From the NCBI GenBank assembly GCA_947450765.1, contig CANFXC010000002.1, forward strand, positions 21,094 through 85,093: a DNA stretch of 64,000 nucleotides. Direction: 5' to 3'. Positions within the stretch are counted from its first letter, which is position 1. Each line of letters begins with the position of its first letter. Below, piece by piece: positions 23,013 through 32,800 of this stretch. Under the pieces are notes generated by a model. That model was not told the DNA's origin, made no database searches, and saw nothing but the letters and a program-made list of their open reading frames with translations. This stretch comes from Comamonadaceae bacterium (GTDB taxonomy: Bacteria; Pseudomonadota; Gammaproteobacteria; Burkholderiales; Burkholderiaceae_C). The translations under genes were made by a program, and so were the position numbers.

Positions 23013-24059
23013 TTATTCTGCGGAAATTTTCTGACTCTTGATCAACTGCGACCAGCGCTGCGCGTCTTTTTCGACAAGGTGCTTGAACTCGGCTGGCGTG
23101 CTGCCGCTGGGATCCATGCCTTGCGCCTGAAAGGCCTTCTTGACCTCGTCAGTCAGCAAGATTTCCCGGATTTCGCGGTTGAACATCGTCACCATCTCGG
23201 GCGCCATACCGAGCGGCGCAAAGATGCCAAACCACATTTCCACATTCACATTGCCCGCCTTGGCTTCGGCCAGCGTCGGCAGCTCTGGCAACAGTGGGTG
23301 GCGCTTGTCGCTGCCAATCCCGAGCGCGATCAAACGGCCGGACTTGATGTGTGGCAAGGCCACATGAATCGGCAGAAACATGGTGTCAATCTGCCCACCC
23401 AGCAAGTCCGTCAACGCCGGGCCGGTGCCTCGGTATGGAATGTGCGTGATGAACACGCCGGCCGTTGCCTTGAACAGCTCCATCGACAAATGGTGCGGTG
23501 TCCCGACGCCAGGTGAGCCGTAATTGATCTGCCCAGGTGCCTTGCGCGCCGCTTGTACCAAATCAGTGGCAACCTTGAACCCGCTCCTGGTGCTGGCCAC
23601 CAGCACCAGCTGCCCCCAACTCGTCAAGGTCACGGGCGTGAGGTCTTTGACAGGGTCAAACGGCAGTTGCGGGTACAGGCTGGCATTCATCACCAGCGTG
23701 TTGACGCTGACCAATAGCGTCGATCCATTCGGTGCTGCGCGCACAACGGCCTCAGTCCCAATGTTGCCAGACGCTCCTGCACGGTTTTCGACCACCACGG
23801 GCCGTCCCAGACGCTCAGCCAGTCTAGGCCCCACAGTGCGGGCCACGATGTCTATACCCGTACCGGGCGTGAAAGGAACAATCAGCCTGAGCGGTGTGGA
23901 CGATGGCATCATCGACGTGAGTGCGGCAGCAGCCGTTTGGGCACTGGCAGGACCTGCATTCAACATACCAAGTGCCGTTAGCACGACGCTAAAGATCAGC
24001 GCGACACGCTGATCTTTAGCCCTGAATCGCTGTGACATAAATAAGATGGACGGAGTCAT
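23013..24059 (-). CDS. Tripartite tricarboxylate transporter substrate-binding protein (Bug/TctC)
   Basis: IVPFTPGTGID, VENRAGASGNIG, HIPYRG, PTLAE. Start uncertain. Confidence 0.9.
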   Translation of the reverse strand: MTPSILFMSQRFRAKDQRVALIFSVVLTALGMLNAGPASAQTAAAALTSMMPSSTPLRLIVPFTPGTGIDIVARTVGPRLAERLGRPVVVENRAGASGNIGTEAVVRAAPNGSTLLVSVNTLVMNASLYPQLPFDPVKDLTPVTLTSWGQLVLVASTRSGFKVATDLVQAARKAPGQINYGSPGVGTPHHLSMELFKATAGVFITHIPYRGTGPALTDLLGGQIDTMFLPIHVALPHIKSGRLIALGIGSDKRHPLLPELPTLAEAKAGNVNVEMWFGIFAPLGMAPEMVTMFNREIREILLTDEVKKAFQAQGMDPSGSTPAEFKHLVEKDAQRWSQLIKSQKISAE

Positions 24060-24072
24060 GAATAGAGACAAC

Positions 24073-24090
24073 TTGTTTGCATGCTAACGA
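24073..24090. promoter_or_regulatory. Candidate MarR operator
   Basis: Imperfect palindrome TTGTTTGCATGCTAACGA centred on GCATGC, between divergent tctC and marR. Confidence 0.5.
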
Positions 24091-24190
24091 TTATTATGAA
24101 GAATCCATCATGGACAATCCATGAAATCCCTAAGCAAACTTATCCATTCATCTGGTTCGATGTTTGCAGCGCCAAGTGTCTCCACCCTTC

Positions 24191-24697
24191 ATGACTCAAT
24201 CTCTCGTGCCAGCCATCGACCAACTCACACAACTCTATGCACGCCCTGGTTTCTTGCTGCGTCGGGCACATCAAATTTCTGCCGCCGTTTTTGAAGATGA
24301 ATGCCGACAGGTGGGCCTGACGCCAGCCCAGTTTGGTGTTTTGAGCGTGCTGAGGGCCAAACCTGGGATCGACCAGTCAAGCTTGGCTCGTGCTTTGGGT
24401 TTTGACAAAGTGACTGTTCTGCGTGTGCTGCGCGGTTTAGAGCTGCGTGGACTGATTACCCGTAATGCAGCCGTGGCCAGTCGGCGCAATTTATCGATCT
24501 CGCTGTCGGCTGAAGGGAAGGCCTTGTTGACCCACGCACATGAGCCCACTGAACGGGCTTATCAACGCTTGATGGCGCCCCTCAATATGGAGCAACAAGC
24601 CCAGTTGCTCAGTCTTTTACAAACACTGACAAGAGGGCTTGAAAAAGATGCTCGGGCTGCATTTGTCCCGAATGAACGGGATGCGGAAAAACCCTGA
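24191..24697 (+). CDS. MarR family transcriptional regulator
   Basis: PGFLLRRAHQ, LTPAQF, DQSSLARALGFDK, LELRGLI.R, LSAEG. Confidence 0.9.
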   Translation: MTQSLVPAIDQLTQLYARPGFLLRRAHQISAAVFEDECRQVGLTPAQFGVLSVLRAKPGIDQSSLARALGFDKVTVLRVLRGLELRGLITRNAAVASRRNLSISLSAEGKALLTHAHEPTERAYQRLMAPLNMEQQAQLLSLLQTLTRGLEKDARAAFVPNERDAEKP

Positions 24698-24704
24698 CGG
24701 CACC

Positions 24705-25178
24705 TCAGGCGTTAGATGTTTGAAGTCCCCAACGGGCCAGTGCAACGTCGTCGCTGACGCGGGCATCGACCCAGCGTGCACCGCCTGGTGTCTCTTCTTT
24801 TTTCCAGAATGGCGCTTGCGTCTTCAGGTAGTCCATGAGGAACTCACAGGCCTGAAAACTCTGACCACGGTGCGCCGATGTGACCGCCACCATGACGATT
24901 TGATCCAAAGGCTGCAGCAGCCCAACGCGGTGGATCACCCGCGCCGCAAAGATGTCAAAGCGCGCCATCGCCGCATCGATCATGGCCTCAATGGCTTTTT
25001 CGGTCATGCCCGGGTAGTGCTCAAGCTCCAGCGTGGCGACTTGATCACCCTCATTGCGGTCGCGCACCGTGCCGACAAAACTACACACCGCACCAACGCG
25101 TTTATCACTTGCACGCAGCGCCGCAATTTCGGTGGAAAGATCGAAGTCTTCAGTTTGAACGGCAACGCGGGCAAGCAT
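24705..25178 (-). CDS. moaE: Molybdopterin synthase catalytic subunit
   Basis: FVGTVR, LEHYPGM, HRVG, SAHR, MDYLKTQAPFWKKE. Confidence 0.95.
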   Translation of the reverse strand: MLARVAVQTEDFDLSTEIAALRASDKRVGAVCSFVGTVRDRNEGDQVATLELEHYPGMTEKAIEAMIDAAMARFDIFAARVIHRVGLLQPLDQIVMVAVTSAHRGQSFQACEFLMDYLKTQAPFWKKEETPGGARWVDARVSDDVALARWGLQTSNA

Positions 25179-25179
25179 C

Positions 25180-25431
25180 TCACCCTCCGGTGACGGGTGG
25201 GAAAAAAGCCACTTCACAGCCTTCACGCAAAGGTGCTGACTCATCGCTCATGATTTGGTCTAGCGCCATGCGCACCGGTTTGCCACGGGCCAGAGCCTGC
25301 GCATGGGCCGCGCTGACGGCCAGCAATTCGTTGCGCAAGTCGGCCAAGGTGGTGGCCGTGGTCTCGCGCTGCTCAGTGCCCTGCCCCAGCGCCTCACGGA
25401 TGGAGGCGAAATATTTGACGGTGATTTTCAT
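25180..25431 (-). CDS. moaD: Molybdopterin synthase sulfur carrier
   Basis: VKYFASIRE...EVAFFPPVTGG C-terminus. Confidence 0.95.
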   Translation of the reverse strand: MKITVKYFASIREALGQGTEQRETTATTLADLRNELLAVSAAHAQALARGKPVRMALDQIMSDESAPLREGCEVAFFPPVTGG

Positions 25432-25470
25432 GGGCTTGATGTGATGAACTTCAGGAGTCTTGCAGGCGGC

Positions 25471-26751
25471 TCAGGACAACAGTGCAGAAAAAGGAATGTA
25501 GCTGACCACGTCGCCCGGCGCGATGGTTTTGCCTGGCGGGTTGTCGACCAGTCCATCACCCCAAACCGCCGAGGTGAGCACGCCTGAACTTTGGTTGTCG
25601 AACAGCGCAAGACCGCCGCCAGCCAACTGCCGCACACGCAAAAATTCGCGGCGCTTGTCGGCCTTGGGCCAGCTGAATTGGGCCACGGCCGTCATGGCTT
25701 GTGGGGCCAACGCCGTCACACCCAAGAGCTTGAGGACAAAGGGGCGCACCAGCAACATGAAGGTCACAAAACTCGACACCGGGTTGCCCGGCAAGCCGAT
25801 GAAATGCGCGAACGGATCAGCACTGGAGGACTGAATACGGCCATAAGCAAAGGGCTTGCCCGGCTTGATGGCCAGCTGCCAGAGCTTGAGTTCGCCCAGT
25901 GTCTGCACGGCAGGTTTGATGTGGTCTTCTTCACCCACCGAGACGCCGCCACTGGTGAGAATGAGGTCGTGTTCCAGCGAAGCGGCAGCGAGTGCCTGCA
26001 CCGTTGCGTCAAGCCGGTCGGGCACGATGCCGAGGTCGGTCACCTCGCAGCCCAAGCGCTTGAGCATGGCCCGCAAGAAAAATCGATTCGAGTTGTAGAT
26101 GGCACCCGGCGGCATGTCTGCTGCCGCAACGTCACCCGGCATCACGAGTTCGTCACCGGTCGAAAAAAGTGCCACGCGAACCGGGCGCGTCACTTGCAGT
26201 TTGTCAAAACCAATGCTGGCCGCCAGCCCTAAAGCCGCTGGCGACAGCCGTTGGCCGCGCGCCAACACCACGGCGCCGAGCGCCACGTCTTCACCTTGGC
26301 GCCGAATCCATTGACCTGCCTTGGGAACGCTCAACAAGCGCACGCTGGCGCTGTCGATCAAGAGTTCAGTGTCCTCCTGCATGACCACCGCGTCTGCACC
26401 CGGCGGGATCGGTGCGCCCGTGAAAATACGCGCAGCAGCCAAGGCCTCCAGCGCGTGACCATAACTGCCTGCGGGAATACGCTGGGTCACTTGCAACACA
26501 TCGCTTGTGGCCAGATCAGCGCAGCGCACGGCGTAACCGTCCATCGAACTGTTGTCGTGACCAGGCACGTCGAGGCTTGAGATCAAATCTTCAGCGAGCA
26601 CGCGGCCATCAGCGTCAAATGTGGAGACAGCCTCAAGGTCGGCCAGCGGCAAAGCCATGGCCAACAACTCGGCCAGTGCTTCATCCAGCGGGCGCAATGG
26701 CTGGCGAACTGGCATGGGAGTTGTCGCAGCAGGTGTCGCAGGATTGAGCAA
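25471..26751 (-). CDS. moeA: Molybdopterin molybdotransferase
   Basis: SSMDGYA, RIFTGA, STGDEL, TSGGVSVG, KPGKP, GLPGNP. Confidence 0.95.
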   Translation of the reverse strand: MLNPATPAATTPMPVRQPLRPLDEALAELLAMALPLADLEAVSTFDADGRVLAEDLISSLDVPGHDNSSMDGYAVRCADLATSDVLQVTQRIPAGSYGHALEALAAARIFTGAPIPPGADAVVMQEDTELLIDSASVRLLSVPKAGQWIRRQGEDVALGAVVLARGQRLSPAALGLAASIGFDKLQVTRPVRVALFSTGDELVMPGDVAAADMPPGAIYNSNRFFLRAMLKRLGCEVTDLGIVPDRLDATVQALAAASLEHDLILTSGGVSVGEEDHIKPAVQTLGELKLWQLAIKPGKPFAYGRIQSSSADPFAHFIGLPGNPVSSFVTFMLLVRPFVLKLLGVTALAPQAMTAVAQFSWPKADKRREFLRVRQLAGGGLALFDNQSSGVLTSAVWGDGLVDNPPGKTIAPGDVVSYIPFSALLS

Positions 26752-26763
26752 GCTCAGCCCCTT

Positions 26764-27312
26764 TCAAAATTGGTAGTTGTCAGCGTCGTAGTCGAAGCGA
26801 TTTTCATTTTGGACGAGGAACGAAGCCACACTGTCAGGGTCGTTCAAATCCAGTACCGGCAGCAAGGTTGGCACGGGCAGACTTTGCGGTGCATCGGTGG
26901 CAATGGCCACGATGAAAGCATCGTCGGGGTAGCGCACTGGCAAGGGCGCGTAATCAGCCGTCGGTGCGCGCCAAACTTCAATCTTAAGCAAGTCGCTGCT
27001 TTTGAAACCTTCGACCAACACCCAGTCAACACCGGTGTACAGCTCGGCAATCAGATGGTGCACGCTGAGCTCGGACGGCTTTTCGAATTCACGCATCAGC
27101 GCTAAGCGCGTGTTGGAAGCCGCAACCACTTCAAAGGCGCCGGCTTCGCGGTGCCGCCAGGTGTCTTTGCCAGGCCGGTCAATGTCGAATTTGTGGTGTG
27201 CGTGCTTGACGATGGAGACCCGAAGCCCGCGCATTTTCAGCGCCGGAATCACCTGCTCAACAAGCGTCGTTTTGCCGGAGCCGGAGTAGCCGGCGAAGCC
27301 AACCACTTTCAT
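26764..27312 (-). CDS. mobB: Molybdopterin-guanine dinucleotide biosynthesis protein B
   Basis: GYSGSGKTT, KHAHH, GKDT, VLVEGFK. Confidence 0.93.
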   Translation of the reverse strand: MKVVGFAGYSGSGKTTLVEQVIPALKMRGLRVSIVKHAHHKFDIDRPGKDTWRHREAGAFEVVAASNTRLALMREFEKPSELSVHHLIAELYTGVDWVLVEGFKSSDLLKIEVWRAPTADYAPLPVRYPDDAFIVAIATDAPQSLPVPTLLPVLDLNDPDSVASFLVQNENRFDYDADNYQF

Positions 27313-27348
27313 GCTTTGCCCCGCAGCAGGCGATTGGTTGAGGTCAAG

Positions 27349-28803
27349 TCAGTGCGCATGCTCAGCCACATAAGCCTTGATCAAGGCCACATCTGCAGGC
27401 ATCAATTTGACGCGTTTTGGCAAGGCTTCGATACCGTCAAAACCCGGCGGACGCTCTGGTGGGCGACCCAGCGCTTCTTCAATCGTCGCGGCAAATTTGA
27501 TCGGCAAAGCAGTCTCCAGCACCAGCATCGGGACGCCGGGTGTGAGGTGCTCGCGCGCGACTTTGACGCCGTCGGCGGTGTGCGTGTCGACGACAGTGGC
27601 AAAGCGCTGAAAGGTTTCGCGAATGGTCTGCAAGCGGTCTGCATGTGTGCTCTTGCCGCTGACAAAACCGTAGCGCGTAGCGGCCTGTTGAAAAGCCGGA
27701 TGGGCGCTCAAATCGAAAAAGCCTTGCTCGTTGAGCTGGCGGCCAAACAAGTCTTGCGTTTGTGCGGCATCACGGCCCAACAGGTCAAAGACAAAGCGTT
27801 CGAAGTTCGATGCTTTGGAAATGTCCATCGACGGGCTGGAGGTTTCGTGCGTGTCTGCACCGACCCGAACGCGGTACACACCGGTGCGAAAAAATTCATC
27901 CAGCACATCGTTCTCGTTGGTCGCCACCACCAGTTGGTGAACCGGCAAACCCATCATGCGGGCCACATGACCGGCGCAAACGTTGCCAAAGTTACCAGAG
28001 GGAACGGTGAAGCTGGCTTTGCCGCCAGTCGCTGATTCGGGCAATTGGAAATAGCCGGCGAAGTAGTAAACCACCTGCGCCAACAGCCGCGCCCAATTGA
28101 TCGAGTTGACGGTGCCGATTTTGTATTGGCGCTTGAACGACAAGTCGTTAGAGACCGCCTTGACGATGTCTTGACAGTCATCGAAGACGCCATCGATCGC
28201 GATGTTGTGGATGTTTTCGTCGAGCAGGCTGAACATTTGCGCTTGCTGAAACGGGCTCATGCGGCCATTCGGCGACGTCATGAAAACACGCACGCCTTTT
28301 TTACCGCGCATGGCGTATTCAGCGGCGCTGCCGGTGTCGCCACTGGTCGCACCCAAAATATTGAGTTCTTCGTTGCGGCGGGCCAGCTCGTACTCAAACA
28401 AGTTGCCGAGCAGTTGCATGGCCATGTCTTTGAAGGCCAGCGTCGGGCCATTTGACAAGGCTTCCAGATAAAAGCCGGCTTGAGAAGCATCCGTTGCCGC
28501 GTCTTGCAATTTTTTCAGCGGCACAATTTCAGGGCTGCCGAACACTGCTGCGGTGTAGGTCTTGCGGCAGAGCGCCCGCAAATCATCGGCGGGAATATCG
28601 TCGATGTAGAGCGAGAGAATTTCAAAAGCCAAGTCGGCGTAACCCTGCTGGAGGTAAACCTCGCGCCAAGCCGCCAGTGTGACGGCGTCGACCACCGGGT
28701 ACTGCTCGGGCAGGTACAAGCCACCATCGGGCGCCAAGCCTTCTAGCAAAATTTCGCAAAATTGTTTGCGGTCGGTATGGCCGCGCGTGGAGAGGTAGCG
28801 CAT
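27349..28803 (-). CDS. thrC: Threonine synthase
   Basis: YLSTRG, GLAPDGGL, GPTLAFKD, ATSGDTG, PSGNFGN. Confidence 0.96.
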   Translation of the reverse strand: MRYLSTRGHTDRKQFCEILLEGLAPDGGLYLPEQYPVVDAVTLAAWREVYLQQGYADLAFEILSLYIDDIPADDLRALCRKTYTAAVFGSPEIVPLKKLQDAATDASQAGFYLEALSNGPTLAFKDMAMQLLGNLFEYELARRNEELNILGATSGDTGSAAEYAMRGKKGVRVFMTSPNGRMSPFQQAQMFSLLDENIHNIAIDGVFDDCQDIVKAVSNDLSFKRQYKIGTVNSINWARLLAQVVYYFAGYFQLPESATGGKASFTVPSGNFGNVCAGHVARMMGLPVHQLVVATNENDVLDEFFRTGVYRVRVGADTHETSSPSMDISKASNFERFVFDLLGRDAAQTQDLFGRQLNEQGFFDLSAHPAFQQAATRYGFVSGKSTHADRLQTIRETFQRFATVVDTHTADGVKVAREHLTPGVPMLVLETALPIKFAATIEEALGRPPERPPGFDGIEALPKRVKLMPADVALIKAYVAEHAH

Positions 28804-30140
28804 CAGGCCAGTTCCTCCTTGCGGATACGGGTGATCGGCGCCAGCACCGTCGGCAGACTCTGCATCTGCGCGATGGCTGCGTTCATTTTGGCTTCGACAC
28901 AGTCGTGCGTGAGGATGATCAGATCCGTCTGCGTTGAACCTGCGCCACCCACGTCGTCAGCTTCACGCTGCAGCATGGCGTCAATGCTGATACCGGCCTC
29001 GGCCAGCAAGCCAGTCACTCGGGCCAACACGCCGGCTTGGTCTGCCACCTTCAGGCGCAGGTAATAACTGGTCACCACTTCACTCATGGGCAGAATCGGC
29101 GCGTCACTCATGGCGTCCGGCTGGAAAGCCAGATACGGCACGCGCTGAGCAGCTTCAGCGCTGTGCAAGCGCGTGATGTCCACCAGGTCAGCGATCACGG
29201 CGCTGGCTGTCGGCTCACTGCCGGCGCCCTTGCCGTAATACAGCGTGGTACCCAAGGCGTCAGCTTGCACCATGACGGCGTTCATTGCACCCTCGACATT
29301 CGCGATCAAACGCTTCGCCGGCACCAAGCTCGGGTGCACGCGCAACTCAATGCCATTGGCCACACGTTTGGTGATGCCCAACAGCTTGATGCGGTAACCC
29401 AGCTGCTCTGCGTATTGGATGTCTTGTGCATTCAGCTGGGTGATGCCCTCGACATAGGCCTTGTCAAACTGCACCGGAATGCCGAAAGCGATGGCCGACA
29501 TGATGGTGACCTTGTGCCCGGCGTCCACACCTTCGATGTCAAAGGTCGGATCGGCTTCGGCATAGCCGAGTCGCTGCGCATCTTTGAGAGCAACGTCAAA
29601 GTCCAAACCTTTGTCGCGCATTTCACTCAAGATGAAATTCGTCGTGCCGTTGATGATGCCGGCGATCCACTCAATACGATTGGCAGTCAAGCCTTCACGC
29701 AGCGCCTTGATGATCGGAATGCCGCCCGCCACCGCCGCTTCAAACGCCACCACCACGCCCTTGCGGTGTGCTGCGGCGAAAATTTCAGTACCGTGGACAG
29801 CAATCAAGGCCTTGTTGGCCGTCACCACGTGTTTGCCCGCCTCAATCGCTTCCATCACCAGTTGCCGCGCAATCCCGTAACCACCGATCAACTCAATGAC
29901 GATGTCAATCTCAGGGTTGGCAATGACCGCCCGCGCGTCATTCACCACTTGCACGTTGGGACCGACTACCGCCTGCGCGCGCGCCGTGTCCAGGTCGGCC
30001 ACCATGGCGATTTCAATGCCACGGCCAGCGCGTCGCAGAATTTCTTCTTGATTACGCTGCAACACGTTAAAGACACCACTGCCCACAGTTCCAATGCCCA
30101 GAAGGCCCACTTTGATAGGCGTCAGATTGCTTGATTTCAT
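28803..30140 (-). CDS. hom: Homoserine dehydrogenase with ACT domain
   Basis: GIGTVG, VTANK, EAAVAGGIP, NGTTN, GYAEADP. Confidence 0.96.
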   Translation of the reverse strand: MKSSNLTPIKVGLLGIGTVGSGVFNVLQRNQEEILRRAGRGIEIAMVADLDTARAQAVVGPNVQVVNDARAVIANPEIDIVIELIGGYGIARQLVMEAIEAGKHVVTANKALIAVHGTEIFAAAHRKGVVVAFEAAVAGGIPIIKALREGLTANRIEWIAGIINGTTNFILSEMRDKGLDFDVALKDAQRLGYAEADPTFDIEGVDAGHKVTIMSAIAFGIPVQFDKAYVEGITQLNAQDIQYAEQLGYRIKLLGITKRVANGIELRVHPSLVPAKRLIANVEGAMNAVMVQADALGTTLYYGKGAGSEPTASAVIADLVDITRLHSAEAAQRVPYLAFQPDAMSDAPILPMSEVVTSYYLRLKVADQAGVLARVTGLLAEAGISIDAMLQREADDVGGAGSTQTDLIILTHDCVEAKMNAAIAQMQSLPTVLAPITRIRKEELA

Positions 30141-30167
30141 GCTTGATTGAGTAAAGTAAAAAGCTTT

Positions 30168-31439
30168 TTATGCTGCGGCTTTAACGGCCGTCAGACTGGG
30201 CGCCACCACACTGCGATTGCGGTAGCCTTCGAGGAATTTCGCGACGCGGCCAATGGCTTCACGCAGGTCATCTTCGTGCGGCAAAAATACAATGCGGAAA
30301 TGGTCTGGTGAGGGCCAGTTGAAACCGGTCCCTTGGACCAGCAAGACCTTGGTCTCCTGCAACATTTCAAAAATAAAATCCTGGTCGTTAGCGATCGGGT
30401 ACATCTTCGGGTCAAGCCGTGGAAACATGTACAGCGCAGCGCTAGGCTTGACGCAAGTCACACCCGGAATGGCCGTGATCAGCTCGTGCGCAATGTCGCG
30501 CTGCCGACGCAAACGGCCACCCTCACCCACCAAGTCGTTGATGCTTTGATAGCCGCCGAGCGCCGTTTGAATCGCCCACTGGCCCGGCACATTGGCACAC
30601 AGACGCATGCTCGACAGCATGTTCAGACCTTCGATGTAGTCGCGCGCGCGCTTTTTGTCACCCGACACCACCAGCCAGCCCGCGCGGTAACCGCAAGAGC
30701 GATAGCTTTTGGACAGGGAATTGAAAGTCAACGTGAGGATGTCGTCAGACAGGCTGGCAATGGCGGTGTGCTTGCGAGCGTCGTACAACACCTTGTCATA
30801 GACCTCGTCGGCAAAGATCACCAAGTCATGCAGGCGCGCCAGCTTGATGATCTCGCGCAGCAGGTCATCCGAGTACAGCGCACCGGTTGGATTGTTTGGA
30901 TTGATCACCACGATACCCTTGGTGTTGGGCGTGATCTTGCGCTTGATGTCAGCCAGATCCGGCATCCAACCATTGGCCTCGTCGCACAGGTAATGCACCG
31001 GCGTTCCACCCGACAAACTCACCGCCGCTGTCCACAGCGGGTAATCGGGGGCCGGCAACAGCAACTCATCACCATCGTTGAGCAGCGCATTGGTCGCCAT
31101 GACGATCAACTCACTAGCACCATTGCCGAGGTAAATATCGTCCAGCGTGACGCCCTTGATGCCCTGCTTTTGCGTCTCATGCATGACGGCCTTGCGGGCG
31201 CCAAAAATGCCTTTAGAGTCAGAATAAGCGGCAGAGTTGGGCAGGTTACGGATCATGTCCTGCTGAATTTCTTCAGGGGCGTCAAAGCCAAAAACGGCTA
31301 AGTTGCCAATGTTCAACTTGATGATCTTGTGACCTTCTTCCTCCATCTGCCGCGCCGCCTCCATCACCGGACCACGGATGTCGTAGCAGACGTTCGCCAG
31401 TTTGGCGGATTTGGTGATGGGTTTGGTTGGCGTTTGCAT
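30168..31439 (-). CDS. alaA: PLP-dependent aminotransferase (AlaA/AlaT type)
   Basis: YDIRGP, LNIGN, INPNNPTG, DEVY, LSKSYR..GYRAGW. Confidence 0.88.
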   Translation of the reverse strand: MQTPTKPITKSAKLANVCYDIRGPVMEAARQMEEEGHKIIKLNIGNLAVFGFDAPEEIQQDMIRNLPNSAAYSDSKGIFGARKAVMHETQKQGIKGVTLDDIYLGNGASELIVMATNALLNDGDELLLPAPDYPLWTAAVSLSGGTPVHYLCDEANGWMPDLADIKRKITPNTKGIVVINPNNPTGALYSDDLLREIIKLARLHDLVIFADEVYDKVLYDARKHTAIASLSDDILTLTFNSLSKSYRSCGYRAGWLVVSGDKKRARDYIEGLNMLSSMRLCANVPGQWAIQTALGGYQSINDLVGEGGRLRRQRDIAHELITAIPGVTCVKPSAALYMFPRLDPKMYPIANDQDFIFEMLQETKVLLVQGTGFNWPSPDHFRIVFLPHEDDLREAIGRVAKFLEGYRNRSVVAPSLTAVKAAA

Positions 31440-31638
31440 GAAAAAATCTTTCGCTCAAGTCTTGGCCTGAGCCTGGTTGGTTGCCATGGGAATGTCTAAG
31501 ACCAGCAAGGCTAAGCGGAACCCATAATTTGACCACATAAAATAACACCTCAAGAGCCGTCAACCCGTCAATGTGGCATGCTCAGTTGATACTGACACTG
31601 CGGCCTGAATTTCACCCCAAAAACACCGTCCATTCCCC

Positions 31639-32028
31639 ATGAAACTTCAACCAGACCGCCTTGACGTCCAGTCCATCCTTGGTTACGGGCCGGGCTGGGT
31701 CGGTTTGGGTCGAAACGGTGTCGGCGAGAAAATTGAGCGCAGCGTCATCATCGGCTCACGCGGTGAGCTGGTTGACTGGCATTGCACACGTTTTGAAGAT
31801 CTCACCCCTGAGCACTTTGACCAACTGGCCGCCTACCGCTCAGAGCTGGTACTTTTTGGCAGTGGCACGCGCTTGCGCTTTCCACCACCCACGCATTTGC
31901 GCAGTTTGATGGCCCATCGGATTGGCATTGAAACCATGGACACGCTGGCCGCTTGCCGGACCTACAACATCCTCGCGGGCGAGGGGCGCCATGTGATGGT
32001 CGCTCTACTGATTGAGCCCGCCAACTGA
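31639..32028 (+). CDS. Mth938-like (DUF498) protein
   Basis: LFGSG, IETMDT.AACRTYNILAGEGR. Confidence 0.88.
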   Translation: MKLQPDRLDVQSILGYGPGWVGLGRNGVGEKIERSVIIGSRGELVDWHCTRFEDLTPEHFDQLAAYRSELVLFGSGTRLRFPPPTHLRSLMAHRIGIETMDTLAACRTYNILAGEGRHVMVALLIEPAN

Positions 32029-32157
32029 AGAGCCTGCTCGCAAAACCTCTTTCAGAGTAAAATGTTGGGTTGCATTAGGCGCAAAACTGAGCATGACAGC
32101 CTCTTTTGCAGCTGAAAGCCAACGCCCAATCACAACTTTTGTCAGGGTCTACGCAGT

Positions 32158-32652
32158 ATGGCAGTCGTCGTTAATAAACTCCTCCCCGAATTTGAAGCCG
32201 TCGCCACAGGCGGTCTCAAAGTCTCCAACCAAACCCATTTGGGCAAGGTTGTCGTTTTGTATTTTTACCCGAAGGACAATACCCCAGGCTGCACCACGGA
32301 AGCCATGCAATTTCGTGACAAATACAAGGATTTCGTGAAGGCCGGTGCAACGGTGTTCGGTGTGTCGCGAGACAACATGAAATCCCACGACGAGTTCAAG
32401 TCCAAGCTTGAGCTGCCTTTCGAGCTGATCGCCGACACAGAAGAAAAAATGTGCCATATGTTTGGCGTGGTCAAGAACAAGATCATGTACGGCAAAAAAG
32501 TCAAAGGGATTGAGCGCAGCACCTTTTTGGTGGGCCCAGACGGCCAGCTCAAAGCAGAGTGGCGCGGCCTCAAGGTCCCTGGCCATGTCGAGGACGTGTT
32601 GAAGGCAGTCAAAGAGCTCAACAAAGCCGAGAAAGCTGAGAAAGCCGCTTAA
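32158..32652 (+). CDS. bcp: Peroxiredoxin (BCP/PrxQ)
   Basis: LYFYPKDNTPGCT, GVSRD, IERSTF. Confidence 0.92.
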   Translation: MAVVVNKLLPEFEAVATGGLKVSNQTHLGKVVVLYFYPKDNTPGCTTEAMQFRDKYKDFVKAGATVFGVSRDNMKSHDEFKSKLELPFELIADTEEKMCHMFGVVKNKIMYGKKVKGIERSTFLVGPDGQLKAEWRGLKVPGHVEDVLKAVKELNKAEKAEKAA

Positions 32653-32678
32653 TTCAAGTGCACTTCAATTGCAGGAAA

Positions 32679-32701
32679 CTGTCATTTTCGTCGTGCATAA
32701 T
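32679..32701 (+). promoter_or_regulatory. Pho-box-like half-site plus -10 element upstream of phoH2
   Basis: CTGTCAT (32679-85) lies exactly 10 bp before CATAAT (32696-701). The second half-site is degenerate. Confidence 0.45.
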
Positions 32702-32707
32702 GGATGT

Positions 32708-32800
32708 ATGCTGTTGACACGCCAACTGCCATTCACATCAAAGCCGCCCCGGCAACGAGGCGGCTTTTTTGTTTCCGGAATCCTTAACTTCACTTTGTGA
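32708..32800 (+). CDS. Candidate 30-aa uORF / leader peptide MLLTRQLPFTSKPPRQRGGFFVSGILNFTL
   Basis: ATG lies 6 nt after the -10 element. Its TGA overlaps the in-frame GTG (32797) of phoH2 as GTGA. Confidence 0.3.
   Translation: MLLTRQLPFTSKPPRQRGGFFVSGILNFTL
32740..32770 (+). terminator. Intrinsic terminator between bcp and phoH2
   Basis: AAAGCCGCC-N10-GGCGGCTTTTTT. Confidence 0.75.

Noticed and set aside
31440-31638. Thr/Ile attenuator or riboswitch upstream of alaA-hom-thrC
   Set aside because: No Thr-rich leader peptide, terminator or recognisable aptamer found.
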